Positions 1 to 13,995 are shown, numbered from the stretch's first letter. The stretch: 64,000 nt of DNA from an uncultured delta proteobacterium (GCA_963713045.1 CAVQKE010000007.1:480001-544000); one strand, 5' to 3'. Program-made: numbers and translations. The notes: a model not told the origin generated them from the letters alone.

Positions 1-11
1 GCCTTGGAGGG

Positions 12-709
12 CTACGCCGGAGTGCGGGACCGGGAGTCTCCGGCCACGGGCGGCGAGCCGGTGCCGGCCACCGTCTTCGCCACCTCGGCCGCCAAGTCTT
101 CCTTCTTCTTTTCAATCCCCTCGCCCACCACGAAGCGGGCGAAGCGCCGCACCACAATGTTCTCCTTAATTTTCGCCACGGCCTCCGTCACAACGTCCTG
201 AATCTCTTCTTGTCGTCCTTCACCCAGGGCTGGTCGAGGAGGCAGGTCAGCTCGAAAAATTTCTCCATCTTCCCGGTGAGGATTTTTTCAATCATCGCCT
301 CGGGCTTCTTCTGTTCCCGCAGCTTGGTCCGCTCGATGTCCTTCTCTCGCTCGAGCACCTCCGGGGGGACCTCCTCGCGGCGCACGTACTGGGGCGCTGC
401 AGCAGCAATCTGCAGCGCGAGTTCCTTCACCAGCGCCTGGAAGTCTTCGCTGCGCGCGACGAAGTCCGACTCGCAGTTGACTTCCACCAGCACGCCCACT
501 TTCCCGTTGTGGACGTAGGCGCTCACCAGGCCCTCGGCGGCAGTGCGGCCGGACTTCTTCGCGGCGCCGGTAATGCCGTGTTTGCGGAGCCATTCCTCGG
601 CCAGGGCGAAGTCCCCAGCGCTTTCGGCGAGGGCCTTCTTGCAGTCCATCATCCCGGCCCCGGTCTTCTCACGGAGCTCCTTCACCATTGCTGCTGTCAC
701 GTCGGCCAT
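12..709 (-). CDS. tsf: Translation elongation factor Ts (short form); one apparent 1-bp frameshift near 200
   Basis: [19 protein letters not shown] and [11 protein letters not shown] motifs; after a shift at ~200 the sequence continues [29 protein letters not shown] to a TAG at 12-14; lies downstream of rpsB. Confidence 0.92.
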
Positions 710-886
710 TGCACTCGTCTCCAGCGCGCGCGGGGCCGCCCACGCCAGACCGGGAGGGGCCCTGGGGGGGGACAACGGCCTCCCAAGGGGGATGGGCTCT
801 CGGCGTTGGGTGCTTGGCCCCCCAGGCGCCCTGCTTGGGGTTGGTTGCGCGGCGCTCGGGGGTCCCCCCAGGCGCCTCCTTCAAAC

Positions 887-1876
887 TCAGGCCTGCTCGA
901 CCTTGGCGTCCACCGGGGCCTCTGCGGGCGCCTCCGGGCTTTCCTCGGGAGGCGTGTCCAGAGTGCCACTGGTGGGCTGACCCTTAATCTCCACCAGGGG
1001 TCCGCGGCGCTCGCCGGCTGGCGCTCCCACCCGGCGGTCGCTGCGCCGGGCATTGGCGAAGCGGCGGTCCTCGCGCGGACGCTCCTCGCGCCCATCTTGC
1101 TCGTCCCGCTCGCTGGCGCCCGAGGCCTTGTAGCGGGCCATGCCCTCCAGCGCAGCGTCGGCGACCTTCCCGGTGAAGAGCTTGATCGCGCGGATGGCGT
1201 CGTCGTTGCCGGGGATCACGTAGTCAATCCCTCGGGGTCGCAGTTGGTGTCGACCACGGCGATGACGGGAATGCCCAGTCGGCGGGCCTCGTGGACGGCG
1301 ATGTGCTCCTTCTTCGGGTCGACCACGAAGACGCGCCCGGCAGGCTTCGTCATGTCCTTGATGCCGCCCAGGTTTTTCTCCAGCTTCTCGCTGCTCCCGC
1401 TGCAGCGCGGCCACTTCCTTCTTCGGGAGGCGGTCGAAGGTGCCGTCCTCGGCCATCTTCTCCAGCGTCTTGAGCCGGTCGATGCGCCTGCTTGATGGTG
1501 CGGAAGTTGGTCAGCATCCCGCCCAGCCAGCGCTGGTGACGTAGAACTGGCCGCACGCGCTGCGCCTCCTCGCGCGATGGCGTCCTGGGCCTGCTTCTTG
1601 GTGCCGACGAAGAGGACGCTGGCCGCCCCGGGCGGTGACGTCAGCGACGAAGCGGAAGGCGTCGCGAGCAAGCGTCACCGTCTTCTGCAGGTCGATGATG
1701 TAGATGCCGTTGCGGGCGCCGAAGATGTACGGCTTCATCTTCGGGTTCCAGCGGCGCGTCTGGTGGCCGAAGTGGACGCCGGCCTCCAGCAGTTGCTTCA
1801 TGGTGATGCCGCTGGGGGCGGCGATGGCCTGGGCTTGGACGTCGGTTGCTTGCGGCTCTTGAACTTGTGCTTCCAT
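887..1876 (-). CDS. rpsB: 30S ribosomal protein S2; several apparent frameshifts
   Basis: [52 protein letters not shown] and [11 protein letters not shown] motifs spread over at least 4 ORF-track fragments. Confidence 0.93.
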
Positions 1877-1985
1877 GAGGTTTTCGGTTGCTCCGCCACA
1901 CCCGTCAGCGGCCGGCTCCTTCGACGCCCCGGCCCAAACGGCCCGGAGCGCCACCTGAGGAGTCTCCTCGGGGCGTGTGTGAATT
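1877..1985 (-). ncRNA. rpsB 5' leader (t44/S2-autoregulatory-like structure)
   Basis: On the minus strand CACAC pairs with GUGUG(GCGG), ACGCCCCG pairs with CGGGGCGU, and AACC precedes the start codon, as in rpsB leaders. Confidence 0.6.
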
Positions 1986-2102
1986 TGGAAAGTGCTGCTT
2001 AACCGGAGAGGGGAGGTGCGTGCAGCCAGGCTCACCTAACCCGGGGAAGGGGCTCGTTACCACCCCCGGGTGCGTCGGTGCAAGTCGGCGTACCGCCTCG
2101 GG

Positions 2103-4931
<2,829 letters not shown>

Positions 4932-5014
4932 GTAGGAGGTTTATAGCGAGGGAGGGGCCTCGGGCGCCCGGGGCCAACGCTACGCCCTATTCCACGCCGG
5001 GCCCGGTGTGCGCC

Positions 5015-6154
5015 ATGAAAAAGCCTCTCAAGGTACAGCGCAGGCGGCAGCGCGCAAGCTCGCGGTCGACGGATGGCTGGGTGTCCCGCGACTTGGCGCC
5101 GGGCGAACCGCCCCGCCACAGCCAGCGTCCGGCTGCTGGTCCAGACAGGCCCGCGCCGCCTGGGCCCGGGCCGGCGCGGCCGCCCGCCCTCGGCGCTTGG
5201 CTGTGGACGTGTCGGCCAGGCTTCGAGGTGCACCTCCAGCAGGAACTGGCCCGCGCGGGCTGCAGCCCCGAGGTGCTGGGCCCAGGGCTGGTGTCTTCGG
5301 CGAGGCGGCCGGCGGTGGATGCGGCGTTTGCGCGCGCCGGCTTCCTCGTCCGGGCCCGTGCAGCCGGGCCGCTGGAGGCGGCCGTGGAGGCGCTGGCCCC
5401 GCGGCTCGCCCGGGCCGGCCCGTTGACGGTGCGCGTCTGGACTGCGGACTCCGAGGAGGGGCAGAAGCTTGGGCAGACGGCACGTGCGCTGGAGGCCGCG
5501 CTGCAGGGCGCGCCCGGCGTGCAGCACCGGGATGACGGCGTCGCGCCCTTCGGGGAGGTGGCGCTGGTGGGGACAGCCGGCGCGTGGACAGCCGTCTTTG
5601 GCATTGTCCCCCGCGAGGAGGCGGTGAGTTGGTCTCCCGCCGGCCGCCAGCGCATGCACCGTGGCCACGGCCTTCCCTCGCGCGCCGGGCTGAAGCTGGA
5701 GGAGGCGTGGGCACTGTTGGGCCTCCGCCCCGCGCCGGGGGAGACATGTGTGGACTTGGGGGCGGCGCCGGGCGGCTGGACCGCCCGGGCACTGCACCAC
5801 GGCGCTCGGGTGGTGGCCGTGGACAGGGCGGCCCTGGCACCGGACGTCGCCCGGCACCCGCGGCTCCGTCACCTGCGCGAGAGCGCCTTTGCCTATGTGC
5901 CGGAGGAAAGCGTGGACTGGCTCCTGTGCGACATGGCGTGGCGGCCCCTGGAAGTGGCGGCACTTCTGGCACGCTGGGGACGCGCTGGGTGGGCCCTTCA
6001 CCTGGTGGCCAACTTCAAGCTGCCGATGAAGGACAAGGTGGAGACGCTGGCCAAGGCCCGGCGCCTCCTCGAGGAGGCCGGTTGGAAAGCCGTCCGCTTC
6101 CGACAGCTGTACCACGACAGGGACGAAGTGACGGTGCTGGCGCGAAGCCGCTAA
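5015..6154 (+). CDS. rlmM: 23S rRNA C2498 2'-O-methyltransferase RlmM-like (FtsJ fold)
   Basis: PSRAGLKLEEA, VDLGAAPGGWT, DWLLCDM, NFKLPMK and QLYHDRDEVT motifs. Confidence 0.82.
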   Translation: MKKPLKVQRRRQRASSRSTDGWVSRDLAPGEPPRHSQRPAAGPDRPAPPGPGPARPPALGAWLWTCRPGFEVHLQQELARAGCSPEVLGPGLVSSARRPAVDAAFARAGFLVRARAAGPLEAAVEALAPRLARAGPLTVRVWTADSEEGQKLGQTARALEAALQGAPGVQHRDDGVAPFGEVALVGTAGAWTAVFGIVPREEAVSWSPAGRQRMHRGHGLPSRAGLKLEEAWALLGLRPAPGETCVDLGAAPGGWTARALHHGARVVAVDRAALAPDVARHPRLRHLRESAFAYVPEESVDWLLCDMAWRPLEVAALLARWGRAGWALHLVANFKLPMKDKVETLAKARRLLEEAGWKAVRFRQLYHDRDEVTVLARSR

Positions 6155-6213
6155 CAGGTGCAGTGGGGGGCTCGCGCGCCAGGGCCTCCGGCGGCTAGGA
6201 GTGGGGCCCGCCA

Positions 6214-6942
6214 ATGGACTACACGCTCGACGACGCCACCGTAGCCAAGCTGCTTCGCCTTCAGCCTTGGGTGAAAAGCCGTCCCCCGGGGCACCACGTG
6301 GCCCTTGCCCTGTCCGCCCTCCTGGACGCCGAGTCCTGCCGGCAGGGGGGCCCGGACCCCGTCTCTGGGGCCCTCAACATCCTCTTTCTCACCCAGGGCA
6401 GCCTGTTGCGCCCGGAATATGACGTCTCCATCCATGCCCATGTCCCCTGGGAGGTGGGCCTCCTCACAGTGGACGTGGTGGAGCTCATCCGCGTCAACCA
6501 AGTGGCCGGCTTCAAGGTGGGCGACGCGCTGTTGCGCGCGGTGGCCGACTGCCTTGCGGCCACGTTTCCGCGCGCTCCAGTGGTGCGCATCCACACCGAC
6601 TGCTTCGCCGTCCTCTTCGTCCCATCCTCCGAGACTGACGTCACCGAGGAGGTCCGCACCGCCGCCCGCGCGGCGCTCGGCCGCGCAGCAGTCGACTTCC
6701 GCAGCGCCGAGGCGCGACTGCCGGAGCCCTTGGACTTCACCCTGGGCTTGGCTCGCCTGCGCGTCCTGGACCCTTCCCACTGGCAGGTGCTGGGGCCGCT
6801 GGTGTGGGCCGAGGCCGAACGGACGCACGTGCTGGCCCGGGTGGGAAAGGGCAACGACGTGCTGCTGCGGACGCTGGACCTCTCCGGCCGGGTGGCCGTG
6901 GAGCCGAGCGACCGCGAGGCGGCTACTCGTCGTCGAGAATGA
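6214..6942 (+). CDS. Degenerate GGDEF-domain protein
   Basis: VDVVELIRVNQVAGFKVGDALLRAVA matches the D.D.FK.VND..GH..GD.LL segment, but the active site reads RIHTDCF instead of R.GGDEF. Confidence 0.6.
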   Translation: MDYTLDDATVAKLLRLQPWVKSRPPGHHVALALSALLDAESCRQGGPDPVSGALNILFLTQGSLLRPEYDVSIHAHVPWEVGLLTVDVVELIRVNQVAGFKVGDALLRAVADCLAATFPRAPVVRIHTDCFAVLFVPSSETDVTEEVRTAARAALGRAAVDFRSAEARLPEPLDFTLGLARLRVLDPSHWQVLGPLVWAEAERTHVLARVGKGNDVLLRTLDLSGRVAVEPSDREAATRRRE

Positions 6943-7882
6943 ATTTCCGGGGATTTTCCGGAAGCCCATTCACCCGCACTTCATAGTGCAGGTGCGGGCC
7001 GGTGCTGCGGCCGGTGTTGCCCACCGCGCCAATGAGGTCGCCTCGATGGACATGGTCGCCCGGATGGACTTCCACTTTGCTCAAGTGGCCATAGCGCGTC
7101 TTCACGCCGTAGCCATGGTCAATGACGAGGACGTTGCCGTAGCTGCCTTCCAGGCCGGCAAAAATCACGGTGCCGTCTGCCGGAGCCGTCACCTCCTTGC
7201 CGTGCGGCGCGGCAATGTCCAGGCCCTCGTGCATGACGCGCTCGGCGGTGTACGGGTCCGTGCGCTGGCCGAAGTCGCTGGTAATCCAGCCGCGCGCCGG
7301 CCAGACGCTGGGCGTCGAGGCGAGAAGACTCTTCTGCTCTAAAAAGTAGGCCTGCAGCTGTTGGAGGCTTTGCTCCTGACGTGCGGCCTCGGTGCCAAGA
7401 GTCTCCAGCTTGGCGGCGAGCGCTTTCGGGGACTCGGCGACCTGCGAGGGCGCGGTGAACTCGGACTCGCTGCTGCTGGGCGGCGCGCCCTTGGTGGTTT
7501 CCATGGCCGTTGGGCCCAGGGCCAGGTTGCGTTGGGGGTCCGACAGCAGCGTCACCGCGCGAAGCTTTTGGTCAAAGCGCTCCACCCGCTCGAGGGTGGA
7601 GGCCATGTGCTCAACGTGCTCGCGGAAGCTCTTCAGCTGCGTGCGGAGCGCGAGGTTTTCGTCCCTCAGCGCGCGGTTCTCAGAGGCGCGGTACAAGAGG
7701 TGTGTGTAATGCACAGCGGCCACCGCCAGCACCATCACCAAGAGCGCCGCTCCAGCCAACAGTCGTCGGACGAGGGCCTTGTCCACCTGGTAGCGGCGGA
7801 CGGCCTGGTCATGCTCGGGGACGACGATGAGGGTGAAGCTCTTCTTGGCCAAAGCCTTGGCTCCCTGGTTGCCCCCCGGCAT
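6923..7882 (-). CDS. M23 family peptidoglycan endopeptidase with N-terminal TM helix and coiled coil
   Basis: HEGLDIAA (HxxxD), YGHLS and GRSTGPHLHYEVR (HxH) motifs; start may be the TTG before AKKSF. Confidence 0.9.
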   Translation of the reverse strand: MPGGNQGAKALAKKSFTLIVVPEHDQAVRRYQVDKALVRRLLAGAALLVMVLAVAAVHYTHLLYRASENRALRDENLALRTQLKSFREHVEHMASTLERVERFDQKLRAVTLLSDPQRNLALGPTAMETTKGAPPSSSESEFTAPSQVAESPKALAAKLETLGTEAARQEQSLQQLQAYFLEQKSLLASTPSVWPARGWITSDFGQRTDPYTAERVMHEGLDIAAPHGKEVTAPADGTVIFAGLEGSYGNVLVIDHGYGVKTRYGHLSKVEVHPGDHVHRGDLIGAVGNTGRSTGPHLHYEVRVNGLPENPRKFILDDE

Positions 7883-7985
7883 CAGCGTTTGAGCATACCC
7901 CGAGCGCGCCCCTTCCCTGCAGCGTTTCTGTCTACTGCCGGGCGGGTAAGCAGCTCGGCGTCGGTAGCACCTGCTTCCTTACACG

Positions 7986-8819
7986 TCAAGGTGAGCGCGC
8001 TAACCGGCTGGTGTGTGCTTCAGGCCCGTCGTCGGGCTCGGCGCGCACCGCGATGACGGTGATGTTGTCGTCTCCGCCCCGCTCATTGGCCAACTCAATC
8101 AGCTTCGCCGGAATCTCGTCGAGCGGGTTGGCGCGGACAATCTCAAAAATCTCCTGATCCTCGAGCATGTTGGCCAGGCCGTCGGAGCAGAGGATGAAAA
8201 CGTCGCCCGCCTCGGCCAGCAGGCCCATCACGTCCACCTGGACCTCCTCTTCGAAGCCCACCGAGCGTGTAATTATATTGCGGTAGCGGCTGTGGCGCGC
8301 TTCTTCGGGCGTAATCATCCCCGCCTTAATTTGTTCATTGACGAGGCTGTGGTCCTCGGAAATTTGCTGGATGAGGTCTCCGCGCACGAGGTAGGCGCGA
8401 CTGTCGCCGACGTGCGCGAAGAAGGCATGCGCGTCATCCAGCAGCAGCGAGATGACGGTGGTGCCCATGCCGGCGAGGTCCGGGTCCTCCTGGGCTCGCG
8501 CGAAAATGGCCAGGCAGGCCTGTTCCACGGCGCTGCGGATGGTTTCCGGGACGGGCGACTCTTGCAGGTTGGTCGCCGGAGGGTGCGCCTTCTCGGCGGC
8601 CCGCAAGTCCCGAAGCCGCTTGTCAATGGTTTCCACGGCAATCCGGGAGGCGGTGCCCCCGCCAGCGTGCCCACCCATGCCGTCCGCCACGACATACAGC
8701 TGCAGTTCCTCATCAATGAGGAAGCTGTCCTCGTTGTGGTCGCGCTTCCTGCCGACGTCCGTCAGGCCTGCAGAGGCGGCCTTCAACCGGACAGGAGCTC
8801 GCTCAGCCGGGGCACCCAC
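7986..8819 (-). CDS. PP2C/PPM-family Ser/Thr protein phosphatase
   Basis: [36 protein letters not shown] and GGDDNIT motifs. Confidence 0.93.
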   Translation of the reverse strand: MGAPAERAPVRLKAASAGLTDVGRKRDHNEDSFLIDEELQLYVVADGMGGHAGGGTASRIAVETIDKRLRDLRAAEKAHPPATNLQESPVPETIRSAVEQACLAIFARAQEDPDLAGMGTTVISLLLDDAHAFFAHVGDSRAYLVRGDLIQQISEDHSLVNEQIKAGMITPEEARHSRYRNIITRSVGFEEEVQVDVMGLLAEAGDVFILCSDGLANMLEDQEIFEIVRANPLDEIPAKLIELANERGGDDNITVIAVRAEPDDGPEAHTSRLARSP

Positions 8820-8861
8820 GCGGCCAGGGATGCTACGGCACCGCTGGAAGAAGGGGCAAGG

Positions 8862-10580
8862 TTAGCGTTGAGGAGATGTGCTGGGCTGGGGACGGGGGCA
8901 CCCGGGGCCAGCTGGCCGCCGGGACGCGCCGGCGCCCTTTAGCAGCGCCTCAGCGGCCTGCATGGCGGCTTCACTCACTTTGACGCCGGACAGCATGCGC
9001 GCCAGCTCGGCCACGCGCGGGGCCCCTGGGCTAAGCGAGTTGACGGCGGAGGCCGCGCGCCCACGGGCCAGGGTTTTGTGGACGACGAGGTGCGCGTCGG
9101 CGTGCGCCGCCACCTGCGGAAGGTGGGTGACGCACAGCACCTGCCGGCCCTGCGCCACTTCCCGGACAAGGCGTCCCACCGCGTCCGCGACCGCCCCGCC
9201 GACGCCCGCGTCGGCCTCGTCCAGCACCACCGTTTCGCAGGCGTCCCGCTCGAGGAAGACGCGGCGAAGCCCGAGGAGAAGCCGGGAGGCCTCGCCGCCG
9301 GAGGCCACCCGTTGCAAAGGCCGGAGCACCTCGCCGGGGTTCGCGCAGAAGAGGAATTCCACGTCGTCCGCGCCCTCGGGGCCGAGGCCGTCTGCCGCGG
9401 CCACCTCGACGCGGAAGCGCGCGCCTGCGAGGGCCAGCTCGGCCAGCACCGTCTGGACGGCTCGGCCCAGCGTCGCCGACGCGCGCTCTCGCTCCGTGCG
9501 CAGCGCCCGGGCCGCGTCCCATGCGGCAGACTCCAGCAGGCCGCGCCGGGTGCGCAACCCCTCCAGCGCCTGTTGCCGGCCGGCCAGCCGCTCGGCCTCA
9601 GCGCGCAGGGCCTCGGCGCGGGCGAGGACACCCGCCAGGTCCCCCCCGTGCTTACGGCACAGCCGGCGCAGGGCGTCCAGCCTGTCCTCCACCTCGAGGA
9701 GGCGTTGGGGGTCTGCCTGTAGCCGGCCGAGGTAGGTGCGTAGACTGGACGCGGCGTCTTCCAACTCGGCGCTTGCCGTGCGCAACGCAGTGGTTGCCGG
9801 CAGAAGCGACGTGTCCTTTTGGAGGGCCTCCTCCACAGTGGCGCGCGCCCGGGCCGCTGACTCGGTGGCGCCGCCCTCTTCGCCAAGGCGCACCAGGGCC
9901 TCCTCCGCGGCAGCGCGCAGACGCTCCACCGAAGCCAGACGGCGGCGCTCCTCCTCGAGGCGGGCTTCCTCGTCCACTGAAGGCGCAAGCCGCTCCACCT
10001 CTTCCAGCTGAAAGCGCAGGAAGTCGAGGCGCTCCTCCGCGCCATCGGCGCCGCCCAGGGCCTCCAACTCCCTGTCCACGGCGTGAAGTGCCGCGTACGC
10101 CGCCCGGTAGACGTCACGCACCAGCGGCACGCGCCCCGCCCGGTCCAACAGCGAGCGCTGGAATCCCGGCTGGAAGAGGGCGACGTGGGCGTGTTGGCCG
10201 GCAACATCGAGAAGCCCTTGCAGCAGCTGGCCGAGGAGGCCCACCGTCGCCAGTCCTCCGTTGACGTGCACCCGGCTGCGGCCGCCTTTTCCGACAGCGC
10301 GCCGCACCGAAACTTCCTCGCCTGCGTTTGGCAGGCCCAGCGCCAGAAGGCGCTCGCCCAGCGCCGGGGTCCTCTGAAAGACGGCTTCCACCACCGCCTC
10401 TTCGGCCCCGGCCCGTACCACCCTCGCGTCGGCGCGCACTCCGAGGAGGAGGCCGAGCGCCTCCACCACAATCGACTTGCCGGCGCCCGTCTCTCCCGTC
10501 AGCACCGTCAGCCCGGGTCCAAAGCTGATTTCCACCTCCTCGACGACGGTGAAGTGGTGAAGGCGTAGGGCAAGCAACAT
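8862..10580 (-). CDS. recN: DNA repair protein RecN
   Basis: [11 protein letters not shown]alker A, long coiled coil, VASGGEASR signature, [11 protein letters not shown]alker [11 protein letters not shown]. Confidence 0.94.
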   Translation of the reverse strand: MLLALRLHHFTVVEEVEISFGPGLTVLTGETGAGKSIVVEALGLLLGVRADARVVRAGAEEAVVEAVFQRTPALGERLLALGLPNAGEEVSVRRAVGKGGRSRVHVNGGLATVGLLGQLLQGLLDVAGQHAHVALFQPGFQRSLLDRAGRVPLVRDVYRAAYAALHAVDRELEALGGADGAEERLDFLRFQLEEVERLAPSVDEEARLEEERRRLASVERLRAAAEEALVRLGEEGGATESAARARATVEEALQKDTSLLPATTALRTASAELEDAASSLRTYLGRLQADPQRLLEVEDRLDALRRLCRKHGGDLAGVLARAEALRAEAERLAGRQQALEGLRTRRGLLESAAWDAARALRTERERASATLGRAVQTVLAELALAGARFRVEVAAADGLGPEGADDVEFLFCANPGEVLRPLQRVASGGEASRLLLGLRRVFLERDACETVVLDEADAGVGGAVADAVGRLVREVAQGRQVLCVTHLPQVAAHADAHLVVHKTLARGRAASAVNSLSPGAPRVAELARMLSGVKVSEAAMQAAEALLKGAGASRRPAGPGCPRPQPSTSPQR

Positions 10581-10646
10581 TGGGACGGCACTCCTCGTAG
10601 GGCCTCTCGGCGAGAAACACGTCCACCCTAGCGCTGCAAGCCGACA

Positions 10647-10662
10647 CTGGACAAGTTTTCAG
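10647..10662 (-). promoter_or_regulatory. Putative LexA (SOS) box upstream of recN
   Basis: Minus strand CTGAAAACTTGTCCAG is a CTG-N10-CAG site with one mismatch to the Myxococcus LexA consensus CTRHAMRYBYGTTCAG; ~65 bp upstream of recN. Confidence 0.65.
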
Positions 10663-10746
10663 TAGTCGTTGAAGGGCCGGAGAACCGGACCGAGGGAATG
10701 GCGGCCCCTCGGCGCCGGCCGGCGAGGGGAGTTCCGCGGGGGCGGG

Positions 10747-13700
10747 CTACACTTCCTGGAAAAGCTCCTCGATGTCGGCCTGGGAGAGGGCGCGCAGTCC
10801 GGCCTGGGTGCCTTCGAGGATGCCGGTGGCCAACTCGCGCTTGCGCCGCTGCAGCTGAAGAATTTTCTCCTCCACCGTGCCTTGGGTAATGAGTTTGTAG
10901 CTGATGACGGCGCGCGTCTGTCCAATCCGGTGGGTGCGGTCGGTGGCTTGGTCCTCGACAGCCGGGTTCCACCACGGGTCGAAGTGCAGGACGTAGTCGG
11001 CTGCGGTGAGGTTGAGGCCTGTCCCACCGGCCTTCAGACTGATGAAGAAGAGGGGCGGGCCGTCCGGCGCGTTGAAGGCGTCGACCCGCGCCATGCGGTC
11101 TCGGGTGCGTCCGTCCAGCGCCTGGTAGGTGAGGCCTCGGGCATCCGCTTCAGCCTTCAGAAGGTCCAGCATCTCCGTGAATTGGCTGAAGACGAGCGCC
11201 CGGTGGCCCTCGGCCACCAAGTCGTCCACCAGCCCGAAGAAGCGCTCCAGCTTGGCCGAGGGTGGAAGCTGCGTTCCGGGGGGTAGCTTGAGGAGCCGCG
11301 GGTCACAACACACCTGACGCAGCCGCATGAGGGCGGCCAGAATGGAGATACGCGCTCGGGCGAAACCCACCTTGTCGATGCTCTCGTGGACTTTGCTTCG
11401 GCTCTGCTCCAGCACCTCCCGGTAGAGGGCCGCCTGTCCGGCGTCCATCTCGCACCAGGCCACCACCTCCGTCTTGGGAGGCAAGTCCTTGGCTACCTCC
11501 GTCTTCAGCCGGCGGAGGATGAAGGGGTGGATGCGGCGCCGCAGCCGCTCGCGTACGCCAGCGTCCGCGCCTATGGCAATGGGCTGTTCATAGCGCTCCG
11601 AGAAGTCCTCCTCGCTGCCGAGGAAGCCAGGCATCAGGAAGTCAAAAATGCTCCACAACTCCCCCAGCCGATTTTCCAAGGGCGTCCCGGTGAGGGCCAG
11701 CCGGTGCTCGCTGGGGAGCGCCTTGCAGGCCTGAGCGGTGGCGCTTCCGGCGTTTTTAATATTTTGCGCCTCGTCCAGCACCACGTACTTCCAACGGGTT
11801 TTGGACAGCTCCTCCAAGTCCCGGCGGACGAGGGCGTAGGAGGTGAGAACAATGTCGACGGCAGCAAACGACTCGCCACGCTCCCGCCTGTCCTGCCCGT
11901 GCCAAAGTGCGACGCTGAGGTCGGGGGTGAAGCGCTCGGCCTCCCGCTTCCAATTGGCAAGCACGCTGGTGGGGGCCACCACCAGCGTCGGAGCTCCCTT
12001 CTCCTCGTTGTGCACCTTGAGAAGGAGGGCCAGGGCCTGCAGCGTTTTTCCGAGGCCCATGTCGTCCGCGAGAATTCCGGAGAGCCGGTGGCGGTGGAGA
12101 AACCACAGCCAGGCGAGCCCCGCTTCCTGGTAGTGCCGCAGCGTCGCCTGGAGCCCATTCGGCGGGGGCACCGGTGCAGCCTGGTCCACCAGCCGCAGCT
12201 CGGCCATTGCCGTGCGCGCGCGGGCCTCAATGTCTGCGGCGTCCCCGAGGCTAGCCAACGCGTCCAGCGCCATGGCTTGGTACAGCGGCACCCGGGTGGT
12301 GGCTTTGCCCGGGCTGGCTCCGGCCTCCTCCAACAACTCCGTTGCCCGCTGCAGCTCTTCTTTGTCCGCCTCGGCGAAGCTTCCGTCCTGAAGCGCCACG
12401 TACCGGCGGCCCGAGGCCAGCCACAACCGGACGGCGCCCAAATCCACCGACTGCCCCTCCGCCTCGAAGCGGGCGTCCAACTCAAACCAGTGCACCCCGT
12501 CCATCCGGACGCGGACCCGGGGGCGCAGCCCGTTGCGCACCTTCACCTCCGGCAGCTTGGCCGCAAAGCGCTCCCAAGCCGCGGGGAGGCCCTTCAGTCC
12601 CTGGGCCCAGAAGGTGACGGCGGTGTCGCCCTGTCCGACGTATGCTTCGCCGTCCCAGCGCAGCCCCTGCCCGGACAACAGCTTCAACGCCGCCCGCTCG
12701 GCGGCCTCATCCCGCCGGTAGAGGCGCCGCTGGCTGCCGTTGCCGCCAATGGCGTAACCCAACGTGCCGGCGGCCGGCGTCACCGGCACCGTGGTGCCCC
12801 CGTAGCGGGCGCCCAGGAGGGCACGTACCCGCTCGGCATTCCCCTCCAGCGTGAGGAGGAAGTGCGGAGGCGTGGACTCGTCCACCTCCAGCCCGTCCGC
12901 CCGCAGGGCCAAGTCGAGGCGTGGTAGGTGGGCGGCAAAAAACGTGAGGGCCCGGTCCAGCTGGCCATGCGGCAGGGACATGGAGGGTTCCAGCAGCCAC
13001 TTGCGCCAGAGGCGAGCCGGGAGGTTTGGGCGCACCGGGTACAGCGTCTGCCCTGAAAGCAGAAAGCTCGTCCGCTTGCCCACCAGAAACACCGAGTCGC
13101 GAATGGCTACCGGCTCGCCTTCAGGCAGGCGAAACTCGAGCGAGGCCTTGGCCCCACCGTCGGTGGACTCAAGGTGGACTTGGGGCGCCGCGGGGGCGTC
13201 GGACAGCACCAGCGGCGTCCCTCGGTACACCACCCGGGCGGAGCCCAGCACCTCCAGCAAGTCCGCGAGCTCCTCGTCTGAGAGGAAAAACTTCCCGTCG
13301 TAGCGGCTGTCGTGCCGGGCAAGTTCATGCAGGGCGCGCTCGTCCACGGGCCCAAGCCGTGCCCCCTGGCCAAGCAGCCGCTTCACTTGAATGGGGCCGG
13401 CTGTCTGCGCTTCCCGGCGACGCACGTCCACCAGCCAGGCCCGCGTCCCGCTGCGGGCATGGGCCGGCATCACCCGGTAGACAAACGCGTGGTCCGGCAG
13501 CGAGGAGAGGCCAAGCCAACTCTCCAGCTTGGCCACCGCCGGAAGCGGCACCACCTCCGCGCCCGGGGCCTGCTTGGCTTCCGGCGGGCGCTGAAGCACC
13601 TCCGGGGCAGAGGCGCGCTCGACAGCCAGCTGAGCCAGTGCCACCGCCACCACGTGCTTGCAGTGTGGGCCATAGCGGTCCCACGCCTGACAGGTGCAGC

Positions 13701-13995
13701 TGGACACCAGTGGCCGCGCGGCCGTGTCCAGCGTCGCCCGGTAGGTTTGCCCTTCGGAGCCGGCGATGGAGCCGGAAAGGACGCTGCCCGCCCGGGCTAC
13801 GTCGGAGACGCGGCCCAGGCCGGCGTAGTCGCGCCCCTTCTTGAAGCTGGTGGGGTGGACTTCGTCCCTGAGGAGAGAGACCCAGCTTCCCTCCTCGGGC
13901 GCAGCGACGGTCTGGAGTTCCGGAGGACTCAAGGCAAGTCCTCCCAAGTAACACGGGAGGCCGTCTCTGCGCTGGCCCGCGTTGAAACGTTTCAT
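10747..13995 (-). CDS. SWIM zinc finger / SNF2-family ATPase (start uncertain, 13932-13995)
   Basis: CTC...HCKHVVA SWIM motif; LADDMGLGKT, LDEAQNIKN, LTGTPLEN, SLKAGGTGLNL and QATDRTHRIGQ helicase motifs; the ORF-track start at 14187 overlaps the divergent ABC gene. Confidence 0.92.
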   Translation of the reverse strand: MKRFNAGQRRDGLPCYLGGLALSPPELQTVAAPEEGSWVSLLRDEVHPTSFKKGRDYAGLGRVSDVARAGSVLSGSIAGSEGQTYRATLDTAARPLVSSCTCQAWDRYGPHCKHVVAVALAQLAVERASAPEVLQRPPEAKQAPGAEVVPLPAVAKLESWLGLSSLPDHAFVYRVMPAHARSGTRAWLVDVRRREAQTAGPIQVKRLLGQGARLGPVDERALHELARHDSRYDGKFFLSDEELADLLEVLGSARVVYRGTPLVLSDAPAAPQVHLESTDGGAKASLEFRLPEGEPVAIRDSVFLVGKRTSFLLSGQTLYPVRPNLPARLWRKWLLEPSMSLPHGQLDRALTFFAAHLPRLDLALRADGLEVDESTPPHFLLTLEGNAERVRALLGARYGGTTVPVTPAAGTLGYAIGGNGSQRRLYRRDEAAERAALKLLSGQGLRWDGEAYVGQGDTAVTFWAQGLKGLPAAWERFAAKLPEVKVRNGLRPRVRVRMDGVHWFELDARFEAEGQSVDLGAVRLWLASGRRYVALQDGSFAEADKEELQRATELLEEAGASPGKATTRVPLYQAMALDALASLGDAADIEARARTAMAELRLVDQAAPVPPPNGLQATLRHYQEAGLAWLWFLHRHRLSGILADDMGLGKTLQALALLLKVHNEEKGAPTLVVAPTSVLANWKREAERFTPDLSVALWHGQDRRERGESFAAVDIVLTSYALVRRDLEELSKTRWKYVVLDEAQNIKNAGSATAQACKALPSEHRLALTGTPLENRLGELWSIFDFLMPGFLGSEEDFSERYEQPIAIGADAGVRERLRRRIHPFILRRLKTEVAKDLPPKTEVVAWCEMDAGQAALYREVLEQSRSKVHESIDKVGFARARISILAALMRLRQVCCDPRLLKLPPGTQLPPSAKLERFFGLVDDLVAEGHRALVFSQFTEMLDLLKAEADARGLTYQALDGRTRDRMARVDAFNAPDGPPLFFISLKAGGTGLNLTAADYVLHFDPWWNPAVEDQATDRTHRIGQTRAVISYKLITQGTVEEKILQLQRRKRELATGILEGTQAGLRALSQADIEELFQEV

